From Oikopleura dioica (taxonomy: Eukaryota; Animalia; Chordata), in contig OU015567.1 of the NCBI GenBank assembly GCA_907165135.1, positions 9,052,001 through 9,116,000 of the forward strand: DNA of 64,000 nt. The letters run 5' to 3'. The notes beneath the pieces were generated by a model. That model was not told the DNA's origin. It saw only the letters and a list, made by a program, of their open reading frames with translations, and searched no databases. Both the position numbers and the translations under genes were made by a program. Positions 50,767 to 62,269 of the stretch are shown piece by piece; the first letter of the stretch is position 1; every line of letters starts with the position of its first letter.

Positions 50767-53056
50767 ATGGCAGAGAATGAATCTCAGAATATAATGGTCA
50801 TTAAATTTTTATATCAACTGAATCAATAGTGACGTTTTACATCCAGTTTTTGACCCTGAAATAGCGTGAGAATGAGGACGATCAAATCAATTCAGGATCT
50901 TCAGTTTCAGAAACTCAAACTCAAAATCCACCCGAAAAGTCGATTATAAAATTGCAAAATCGAAATGTTTTCTTTCTTGGGCTTGCGTTTTTACTTCTTT
51001 ATACTGCATTTCAAACCATGAATGGAATCCTCCAGGTATGACTTTGAGAAAGTAATGGCTGAAACAAATGTCATATACAGATTCCTGTAGTCAAGCAATA
51101 AGAATTTCGCCTCCTAGACGGTGCTGGATAGCTACTACGCTCAGCATCCTGATCATGGAGCGGAAGTCAATGGTCTAGTCAGTTTGGGCATTTTCTATGG
51201 CGTCTGCGCTCTGTCTGTTTGGGTGAGAAGGGAAAAACCCTTTTACAGTAGTTTCTTATATTTTTTTAGTTTGCGCCTTGGGTGATTACGTTAATGTCTC
51301 CAGTAGCGGTAATGTTGATGGGCGCACTCATCAACACAGCTTACATGACGCTGTTCATCAGCGCCCCTAATGAGTACCGGTTGTGAAGTAATGCGTGGGC
51401 GAAGTTTAAGAAATACGTACACAACCGGCATGAGCACCGCTGGTTTATGTGTTTTCCGTGCTTATCGGAATCGCGGGCGCGTTTATTTGGGTTGGCCAGG
51501 GGACAGTTCTGATAACGAATTCTAATCCAGGAAAGCGACAAAAAACAACACACTTTTAAAGACCAAGAACAAAGTGTTGAAATTCGCTCAAAAGAAACGA
51601 TCAGTAGAAATACAGGCATCTTCTTTCTCATGTTCGAAAGCTCACTCTTCGTCGGAAACACGTTTATTTATTTCACATTTGACGGAGCGGTAAGATTTTT
51701 CTTTATCAATCTAGGAGCAAGGGTGGATTTAGGAGTACATTTCCGACAGCACGCGGGTGGTGGTGTTCAGCTGCCTAACCGCTGTCTCGTTCCTCGGCTT
51801 GTTAACCTTGTTCCTGATCCGACCGCTGCCAGAAGCACAAGTTGCGAATTCCAGCAACGCGCTAGAAAGTCAAGACGAAAGTGACACCGCGCAATTGGTC
51901 GAAAACGATGCTCAAGTTTAGGTTTTAGAAATTACGCGATTTTTCTTGAAAACGTTATTTTAAAACCAAAGCAGATTCAAGTAGCAAGTGGCGCAAAGCC
52001 AGCGAAAGTGCTAAAACAGCGTTTTGGAATGCGATTCGAATTTTAAAAACTGAACAGGTCCTGTTTCAAATTGTCGTCTGGGCGTACAACGGCTTAGAGA
52101 TAACATTTTGGAGTGGAATTTTGCCCACATGCATTGGCAACACCATGGGAAAGCGGGCTCCAAAACCGTGCGGTCGACTTCTGCGGCGGAATTTTTTCTT
52201 TTTTCGCCGGAGAGGAAGAAGTTTTAATAGCGATTAAACGCTTTTGAATTTTTTTTCAACTCTCAAGAAAAAGGTTTAAGCCCGGGAAATTAGCGCTACC
52301 GAATAGATACAGTGTTGTTGGATTGTCGGGAATCGTGGTTGGAGTTGGCGAAATGATTGGGGCCTTTTTGACGATGATAACAGGAAAAAGATCAGGTGAA
52401 GCAAACCGCTTTTTAACTAAAAAGAAAATTTTCCTCTATTACGGCCTCCATTAAAAATTTTACTTCAAGATCCGCCTCGTGGGCCTTTGATCATTTTCGG
52501 CATGATTTGCCAAGGAATCGGCTTCTACTTGTGCCTACTGTATTTGCCGGACGACAGTACGACCTCCCGCATTGGAACGTTTTCGCCGACTTGGGCTGAA
52601 CCCTCCACCGCGTCAATCTTGGCGACCGCATTTTTCCTCGGATTAGGAAGCGTTTTGTATAAAGTTATTACTCGGCGGTCGTCGCCTCCTGTAGCTGGCC
52701 CCAGCGCCCGGCCCGGAACAAATTCAAAATATTTCAAAACGTTGCATAATAGGCGACTCAATGTATCAAAACCAAATCGTCTCCTTGATCGGATTGATTT
52801 TCCCAGAGGAGGAGAACGCTTCCGCTTCTTTTGCCCTCTTTCAGGTGATAAGAACTTTCAATTGCTCAGCAGTAAAAACAGTGCAATACAGTTCATTCAA
52901 TGTCTTGCCGCCGCGATCGCTTTTTTCTACTCTGTCTATGTGGGACTAATGTACCAGCTGCTTATTTTGGTCGTTTTCATGCTCGTTGGAACGAGTTGTT
53001 TTCTATACTTGGAAATTAAATACGCGAAAAAATTCCCTGTCGGTGAAGAATCCTGA
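50767..53056 (+). CDS. MFSD11: UNC-93-like MFS protein
   Basis: LGLAFLLLYTAFQT; GAFIWVGQG; TISRNTGIF; SSLFVGN; FLGLGDS; FALFQFIQ. Confidence 0.8.
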
Positions 53057-56000
53057 CTTTTTCCTGTTGATTTGAAGCTTTTTATACGATTTCATTCATT
53101 TACTGAACATAGGTATAAAACTTGATTACTTGCCCAGAAATGAATAAAATAAACCAGAAACGGTGAATGATTCGAACAGAAGCTTGTGACCTTTGAAAAG
53201 TGTGACCAAAATGAATTCGCCGGCACTTAGTGTGTAGACTTTCGTGTGACGAAAATGAAATCATCACTTCCTTCTCCGATTACCGAGGATTCTCAAAGCA
53301 CGTGGGCTTGGGACGTTCTTACTTTTGTCATTACAGAATCTTCCTATCTTTTTTATAATAATTATCGCTCCTGGCAAATAAAAATCTGCGATTTCGGCAG
53401 AGTTGGCGGAAATTGTCGAGCATCAATTTCAGCTCAAGGGTTTCTAGGACCGTCAATTTGAGGCTACTTGCTCAAATAAACCGGCATTTTGAGCACCCTT
53501 CAAGTTTCCGCACAAACAACCGGTGCAACTCACTTCTTGCCGGCGCGCACGTGAACTTGAAATCATTTTCTTATTTCTATTCCCGGTAAGTGTGGGATGA
53601 GCCCTCTCAAATGGCAATTTCGGTGGTTTTTTAAAATGACATGCTTGTTCAGCTAAGTGGAAATTAACAAACCAAAGCGTTTTGCTTGAAAAGGGCGAAC
53701 AACCCAACAAGAGCGACAAAGCCATTTTTAAAAATAAGACTATTATTAAATTATATCTTTCTCGAAATAGGCGGGATATTTAAATCCTTCTTTGGCGCCA
53801 AAAGAATGATCCTTTCTTAATCTTATCAATCCAAAACGAAGATGAAAGGGAGAAATAATCATTTCAATGGTTTTTTCGTTCCTTTATGATGGGGTTGATA
53901 ACCAGGAATATCTCGAAAAGCTCACATAAGCTCCCCTAAGGCAATATTGTTGTCACGGGCGTCTCCAGCGATTTCTGTCGGATAATCGGCCACGCGCGCC
54001 TGGCGATGAACAGTGGTTCGATCTGGAGGCAGTTGGTGCTGGTGGTGGAGCAAAAACGAAGAAGCCTCAACTCGAGGCGGCGTCGAACGTGATTGATTTC
54101 AACCGGCCGACAATGCGGTCGGCAAATTTTTCTTCAGCGGTCAGCCGGCGTGTTTGAAAATTGTTGCGCCTCAGGAGAGGCGACAGAAGCCCCCCACACG
54201 CTCAGTTACTGGCCGTTGAGAAGATTACTGTAATTCAATTCAAACAAGGGAAAAGATAAATCTAATTCAGTGACATTCTTTTTTAAAATCGGGTCTCTTA
54301 CCGCTCAAAAAAAGCGGATTAAGTCAACATCTAAAATTCTGGTTCTAACGCTGTTCGTGATTATTGTCGATGATGGGATGAAATTCCAGATCGATTTTCT
54401 CGTGGTGCTATATTTCAAAACATAATCCCATAGAGCGCCACGCAGAAACCGTCTCGAAGCTCCCTATATTTTTAAATTGTTCTGCGGTTTTTTCTCCTTT
54501 TGAATCTGTAAATTTACAATTCTCCAATTTTCTCTTTCACTTTCCTTTTTATTCTTTTTAGATTATAGAATTTTCTCTAGCGAAAAAAAGCTTTTTTGCA
54601 AAAATAGAAGAAAACTGACCTCACGATTTCATGTATCGACTCAGGGTGGTTTTCTCGGCGACCGACTTGAGAAAAAAATGGTGGTGGCGCTGAAACGCCG
54701 AGCCAAGTGGCGAAGATGCTCCTCCAGCAGCACCAGAGTGAGCTGGCGAGGTACGGATTGAGCGATCCGCCACCCGCGCGCCCTACCAGCTCCACCGATT
54801 ACCATGCCACTCACACTAGCCACACGATGAATCACAGACACCGGCCGCTGCGCACAAGCATACCCTTATCCCACCGTTCGGTGCAAACAGTGCTCATTAC
54901 TGAAAATTTTCTCCTTTTCAATGATTTTTAACAAATTCATATCGTTCAACTAAAATACCAACAATTCATAAAGTCAAGCTAGTCCAAAATAGTTGGAAAA
55001 ATATGCTGTAGGGTCCGCTTTTGGGTTAGGGTTAGTGTTTTAAGATCTTTTTCTCTTTTTCTGAATTATGGCAGTTCTAAGGCAAGATCTACTGATCGCG
55101 CAATAAATTAAGCCTTACTAATGCCGCCAAGCTTAGCATTGGGTTGTATCTCAGGACGATTAGGGCTAATCACAATGCAAAGTATTTTTTGAGGACACGG
55201 TCACATTTTTAATAATTCTAATTATTGAAGATGACGTTACTGGTGTCCTCTGCCGGCAAGAGATTAGGGATGAAAATGCACCGTGCGCGGGGAGAGCAGG
55301 GCGGTTCAGCAAATTACCGACCCCGTAGCTTATTATTTCGGTACACTTGAGCCCACTTGACCTTCGCGGGTTACGCTGCCGGCTCCTTCCTACTCCCTGC
55401 GAACCGCACAAAATTGATATCGTTTTTTGCTTATCAAGGGGAATACGGACGCACTTCAAATTCATATTCATTTATATCGGATATGAATAGAGTCCGTTTT
55501 AAAATAGCAAAATGTGACTTGAGGTCGTTTGGTGTCACTAGGGTTCAAATGACCTCAAGTAACCTTATATTTTTTCAATCGTTTTTCCGGATTTCCTGAC
55601 TTAGGCTTTTTTACACAGTTCACCAAGCCCTGTAACTGACTGACATTCAGCCGCTGAATTTTAATTTTTTTGTCCTCTGAAAGCTCCAAAAAAAATTTGA
55701 ATTTGAAGAAGACCGGCAATTTCCTAATTTTCTCTCTTTTGCCGATAAGAGTACGAGTGGCGAGGCTGGGTTTGTTTTTCAAAGATAAAATCTTTATATT
55801 GTTTTTCTACTTTTGGCAGCAAAACTCGAACCCGGAAGGTGCTAAGATGCGATAAAAATGGGAAGAGCCCAATTGTGTGCCAGACGCCGCACGAATTGAG
55901 CAAAACTGAGAACACAATAGAGCTTTAGCTAAAGCAAAGGTCAAAAATAATTGTTCAGAACGAACTACTTTTCTACTTCCAGGTTTCATCTAAAAAGACA

Positions 56001-57302
56001 AGTGACTCAAGAACAATATGATTATCTTTCATTAAAAAATTTGACCCGTCTATATTAAAAACTTGTTAGGTGGTATTATCATGAGATTTCTGTGTACTAA
56101 GATCTGTAAAAGGAATCGAAAACCATCTCTCTTGTGAATCAGGTACCGTAAATGCGGCATTTTCACGTACGGATGCTACCAGAGTTTTCAAAATTGGCAC
56201 GTTTTGTTGACACCAAATATTTTGCAGATATTCCGGCTGATAACGAGCCCCATCGCAATTTTTTCACCAATGCGAAATCATCTTATTACTTCATCGAAAT
56301 GACACCGCTTTTATATTTTTAATGAATTTATATATATATCATATATATAATATATGGGCCATATAATATGGCGCAAGAATAGGATGGTGGAGCTGCCTCT
56401 TTCCTTCTCAAACGCGCAGCCCGCCAACTTCAGCGTGAAAGCTCATTAGGCACCTGTTTATGGAGATTAGATTCACTCTACCGGTAAACGGAATCAAACC
56501 ACCGCTGCGAATTGCGCTGATTCATTACCTTTCTTTTTCTCCTTTATCTTGAAGGTTTCTTATGAATATAGTGGATAGTCCTAATACCAGTATTTATTTT
56601 TTAGTTATTAGACTGAGTCTTACGATGGATCCTAGACTTACTCTTAGGTTTATGGGTTTATAATGAGTTAGGGTGGCTTTTGATTGGTTCAAGGAAAGAA
56701 TCCTTGTTTCTGATTGACTAAAAATCAACCCAAGTGCCTTCGCTAATTAACCCTGTCGCAACGGTTTTCCAAGCTCTTGGCACCTTCGATAAAAACGGGT
56801 GAGTTTGGCCTACAAGGTTCAAAATAAAGACGACAGGTTAAAAATGATCAGTCGCCAAAAACTTTTTTCTCAGGTTGAACCGCAGGATAGAGCGGTACAA
56901 GATGGCGGGTCTTAGGGCTTGTCGCCGGGGTAAATCAGTTTATCGAAGCTGCGGTGGGCGAATTTTCCCCGTACTAAAATTATTCTTCCGCAAATTTGAA
57001 ATTTAGCATAATCGAATTAAAATTGGAAATACACTGAATATGAAAATAGACTTTATTTATTAGTTTAAAAAATAGACTTTGAATTTCAAAAGTTTGGGCT
57101 AGAGTTAGAGAGTCACATAGTCTCACTTTTTAGCTGAAAGATAGATCGATTGAAGAGTGGAACTGATCCTTGGTTACGAAAAAGAAATAATGACATCTGA
57201 TTCAGCTTTGGGATTTATATAATATTTTCCGCAACCATCCTTCTGAGGGAAACTCCTCCGACGAGAGCACACCTTTACTGACGAGGAGGAGGAGTGAGAG
57301 GA

Positions 57303-58271
57303 GTCAGCTCGTTTCACTTTTACGCAATGGCTTCGGATCGGCTTTCTGAAATGGAAATTCATCATTATGCAATGAAGCTCGTAAACGAACCGAAGGGGGA
57401 GGCAGACATCAGAAAGGAGGACATCTTTCCATCGCCCAAGGGTGGCGTCTCGAACAAGATGGGTTTTTGGCGGAATTTTGAGGAATTTTTCGTCTTCGTT
57501 TTGAAGGGTTACTTCTTTAATATTTCAAAAAAGGTTCCAGCTTTCTATTGAAAGCTTTTTTATAAAAGAAAAATTTTAATAACCCATATCAAATTGCGTA
57601 TTCTTGAAATTTGCGTCGGGTTCATCGTATTCCTGACTCTTGCGGAGAGAGCCTTGCGCTAGAAAAAAATATGCAATTTTGAAAAATTTCAAAAACGCCG
57701 CTGTGGCTGAATTTCGCGGTACCTGACACGAAAGAGCGTCATAATCCGGCGTGTGCACATTTAAGAAAACTGTGTTTTTCTCGTGTTGCTGCTGCCGTAA
57801 ATTGACATGATCCAAATAAGCCTCGTAGCTGGCTGATTTGGCGCGCGCGAATTGCGCCAGCTTCCCCACAACTTGCTGCAAGAAAGCGTTTAGCGTTTGT
57901 TACGTAAATTTACGGAAAGGGATTTTCAGAATTCTTATTTTTCCAACCTTGTTGATGCTCTTCGCCGTGGGTAAAAAAACGTTTTCATCCCACTTCTTGT
58001 GAAGTGTTTCTATCCTGCGGAGCCGCCTTAATTCCTGCCCTTCCACTAGCTTAAATAAGGGTTTGGAATTTCTCGCCCAATTACGCTGCTATTTGGATTT
58101 CTAGCTCGTTCCTTCGCCAGACCCTGTCTTTGAAATATTGCCGCTTATTTCCACCTCTTGTCGACGAAATCGCTCCAAATCTTCATCAACTGCTCCACAG
58201 ACTTTTGCACTCAAAGCTCGTCTGCTGATAGTCGTTTCTGTTTTCTCTCTATTTGGCACACGTTCCTTCAT
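57303..58271 (-). CDS. FAM228-like protein (tentative)
   Basis: Spliced ETLHKKWDENVFLP and YEAYLDHVN...VF...PDYDAL resemble FAM228 motifs. Confidence 0.45.
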
Positions 58272-58598
58272 AGTTTCTTTCTGATTCCAGCGGCACGTTT
58301 GGGAAAAGACAAAAAAATGCTCGAGCGATTCTGAAGAACTGCTTCTGTCAGAAGAGCGGTCACAATAACAACGACACTTGTCTAAACAATACACCCATTG
58401 TCGCAACTAAATTAGCCACTTATGCAAATCATGCTCGATAGGAAACGATCTAGAACTCCGCCCTTGTTCAAACAAGTTAGGTCACAAATCAAATCTTTTA
58501 TTGCAATAATCCCAAACAAGGCAAAGTCATTTTTATAGTACACTTTTGTTACAGTAAGGCAGTAATTAATTTTCTTCTAAATTCAACACTAGTTTCAC

Positions 58599-61500
58599 TT
58601 AATACCAGTTGCCAGAACTGATTTCTTCCGGCTTCCTCAATCGATAAACCCTCACTAGCCATCTGGAACTGGTGTAGACTTCTTCGAAAAATTCCAGCTC
58701 AAAGTCTTTGTTTCCAATTTCTGCTTTTCTGACTCGATCCCATCCACTTGGCTTTCCTTTCTGGACATTTTGCCCTCCATATCTATTCAAATCGGTGTTC
58801 ATAAAAGACGAATTAAAGCTCTGGACGTACCTGTAATAAGAGAGTTTGTACAAAAGTGAGTTGAGCCACGTTTGCGCGCCCTCGATGTCCACTCGAAACT
58901 CATTATTCACGTTCTAGTAAAAATATTACACTTTGCGCAAAGCACAGCGGCAATGATCAATCAACGTACCTTGTAGCGTTTCTGGTTGAATTCGCCCGTC
59001 ACATGTTCGCTATCAGCCAAACGCAACATCCAGAGGAATTTGTTGATGTCGTCTTTTGAGTAGCCCACTTGGCCGCCGAATTGCACTGAAATATTCCTCT
59101 TTTATGGAGAAAACATTCAAACTTGAAATTAATTTTAACGCCAAACCGAAAATCTTTACAGTAGTACAGTGGACTGTACTACTTTTTATCTCTGCGCAAA
59201 GAAATCTCAACTTGTCAATGTAAAAAAAACTCACCGTAAACATAATCGGCTCCCAAATGCCTCAGCAGGGTGGCTATTTTGGATTTGGGGGTTAGTTGGA
59301 ATTGGATTGGATCCAATCCAATAAGGTTTGGATGGAATTTGGATGGCCAGGGTACCGGATTTTGTTGGGGAAAATTGGGCAATTGGGGGAAATTGGGGAA
59401 TTGGATCCAATAAAAAATATATCGCTAAACTATGCAAAGGAAGGTCATTTTCATGATAAAAATGAACAATTTCGGATAAAAAATCATTGTTTTGGCTATG
59501 TTGATCCTCCTTTCGGATAAAAACTGACTGTTTCCCTTCTTTTCAAAGTACTAAAAGCCTTGGAAAAATTGGAAATTCAATTGGATCTAATTGGAATCGG
59601 GGATTTTTGGGGAATTGGGTAATAATTGGATTGGGTTGGATTTTGGATGGATAGTTCCGACTCAAAATTTATTGGATGAAAATTGGATGGCCAGACCCCA
59701 AAATTTTGTCCAAAATAGCCACCCTGTGCCTCAGCTTGCTCCAGCCCTGCTCTTCTCCACTTGCGAAGGCCTTTCCAATTTCTGCAATAGAAGTCTTGTT
59801 CCATGCCGAGTTATCTGCCAAGGTGCCGCGCTCGGCGAGTTGGTTAATTTGATACCCATAATCCCACCAGGCGGCAATTTTAGACTCCTGAAAGAAAATT
59901 CACTTTTGAAGACTTCTTTTACTAAAAAATGTCAGGAATGACTATTGGAGAGAAGAGAGGGGCACAGATGAATGTTATCAGTTAGTTACCTCAGGTGTGT
60001 TATGCTTGAGCCAAGAGTAAGACTCGCGAAAGTCGTCAAAGATAAGCGCTCGTCCATCACCAGTAGCTGCTGTTACAAAAATCGTGGCATCGCTAATTTG
60101 AGTTAGATTTTACGCCCGCCCTCTTGTTGGTGAAAGAAGAGTACCTGTAAATGTTTTGCGTAACCCAAACACCGTGTCTCGCCGCGTAAATAAGATGAGC
60201 GGCGCAAAGTGTGCCAGCGGCACCGGCGAAAAATCGCTTCATCGGGAAATTAATCTCTTCGTACTTTTTTTGCATCCTTCGCTTTGATTCCTGTTGAGTA
60301 TCAGTCTTTTCTGTGTTCTTGAGCGTTTTCAACGATAACTGAATGATGTGGCAGAGGGTGAGGCCAGATGTGATGGAGACAACAGGGACTGAGAATATAT
60401 TGTAACTACAGTAACAAGAGTTTGTTACCTAAAAGAATTTGGTTGCTAGTTTTCACCGCAGCGAGATAGAGCGCGATCACTGCATAAACTGTAAGGATCA
60501 AAGCGGCATTTGCATTTTTCTTCGACAAAATCGAGAGCCCAATTGGTAAAATCATCGCTCCGTAGTGATTGTCGAAAAATAGCGCGGCCCAGGCAGAGGG
60601 CTGAGCGTTTTGGGATGAAGCTAAAGCTGGTGGATTCGTTTTTGGAAGAGATGGATTCAGGTAAATTGCGTTTTCTTCACTGAGAGGGCTGATTATTCCG
60701 CTGCTTTTCATGTAGAAAAGAAGGATGAGCGAGGAAGTAAATGAAGCCTGAAGTGGGCGGCGGATCTCTTCGTTGTCTCCAGCATGAAGAGAGAGGGAAA
60801 AGTATTGAAGGTAGACAAAGGTGAAGAGAGGCAAGAGCCCCTCAGATGTCAGTAAATCGGATTTAGCCAAAGTAAGACACGTAGAGATTCCGTAAAATGA
60901 AGAGTAAGCAGTGTACAGCGCACGGTCGTAGCTGCCGCGGAAGAGCTTAATTTTAAACCAGAGTTAATTTTAATTCCGAAAACGGAAATCCACGGATCAT
61001 GGACTTGAAAACTAAATCCTATCATAACAGCTAGGCAGATCTCTCTGACCGTCTGAAAAGAGGATTTCCGGCGGCTGAAATAGGATAGACTAATGTTTAG
61101 ACAAGGTCTGGAGATCTAATCTTTTCGAAGAAAATCCGCTAGAGAAAATCAACGAAGATTTCTTTACCTTGCAGAGGACTGAGAAGGCTGCAAAGTTCAT
61201 CAAGAGGAAGTGTTCGTTCCACAAACTAGACGAGAGAGAATATAGCAAGGATAATATGGCCACACTCTTTAGACATCCTTTTGACATTGACACATTCAGA
61301 AAATGAAGAAACCCAAATATTATGGCTGGGAGTAGAGCCTGCGAGCTTAGGCGGCCAGCCACACTGGCGAATGTATATCCTGGTAGGACAGCTACGAAAA
61401 AGGCGGCACAAATGGCTGGAACGGTCTCTTCGACGAGGCTTCGTGACACAAAGAAGCTAATCCAGGGAGTGACTCGGTTAGAGTTGCGGAGTTATGATAG

Positions 61501-62080
61501 AGATGGCAAAGTATGGTAACTTTCTATGCCAACATCCGGGAGGATTAATTTAAACGAAAGGCATCATCACTAACTGTCCTTGATTCGAGCAAAAATAGAC
61601 AGTTTTGCCAGTGCCACTATGTTATATCATCACACGGTTCAAACTCTACGAAAATAGGCGTGAGATAGGGTACTAAAAATTAAGGGTGGACAACTCTTTC
61701 CTGCGCCACAGAAAGGTCCAAAATAAACACATGCTTCTTGGTTCGTCAAAGTTTTGAACAGAACTCCAGATAGAAAGCGAAAGCCTTGAACCAAACGAAC
61801 AAGAACCAAGTCACCACTTGAATCTCCACCAAACGGATACCAAGCGTTTTCATCAAAATCCAAACTCTCGCCCTTTTCTAACAATTCCAACTTGCGCAAA
61901 ATCCTGTAGCCTAAATTTCACTCTATTGGTCTTCTTTTAAACTGAAAAGGTACCTTCACTTCCATGCAAAACGGGCTCAAACTTCCTCACTCCAAAAGTC
62001 CGAATATAAAAAGCAAACAACGAAATTCCCAAAAGTGTTAATTTCACCAGAGCCCCTGAGCAACCAGAGTCTGCACCCAT
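58599..62080 (-). CDS. Divergent STT3 oligosaccharyltransferase paralogue with a MITE inside a coding exon
   Basis: AWYPFG; [12 protein letters not shown]; AWWDYGYQI; DNSAWN; DDINKFLWM; [10 protein letters not shown]; [14 protein letters not shown]. Confidence 0.85.
59266..59726. mobile_element. hAT-type MITE with TTGGA/TTGGG repeats, inserted in an STT3-like exon
   Basis: Perfect 18-bp TIR CAGGGTGGCTATTTTGGA; 8-bp TSD TGCCTCAG at 59258-59265 and 59727-59734. Confidence 0.95.
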
Positions 62081-62269
62081 TTTCTCTCTTACTGTAGTGT
62101 GAGTACAGTATTTTTCCTTCAATTCTCTACGATCCGAAGCCTGAAAAAAGAGGAAAAAGTCTCTATTGTTTTTTGTCGTATTATTTGACAGGTTTTTATT
62201 GTTAGGGATTCAAGAAATGCCGTGTTTTTGAAACAAGAATCGAAAAATTTCGATGATTTCAGGTCTTCT

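Noticed and set aside
55080-55100. AGGCAAGAT, matching the 5' end of miR-31 (and TGATTGTCCAA, miR-219-like, at ~29627)
   Set aside because: The matches stop after 9-11 nt and there is no precursor hairpin.
61470-61640. Two GTGATGA box C-like motifs and a possible 16-nt microexon (61601-61616) in an STT3-like intron
   Set aside because: No canonical CTGA box D or terminal stem, and the microexon is supported only by spacing.
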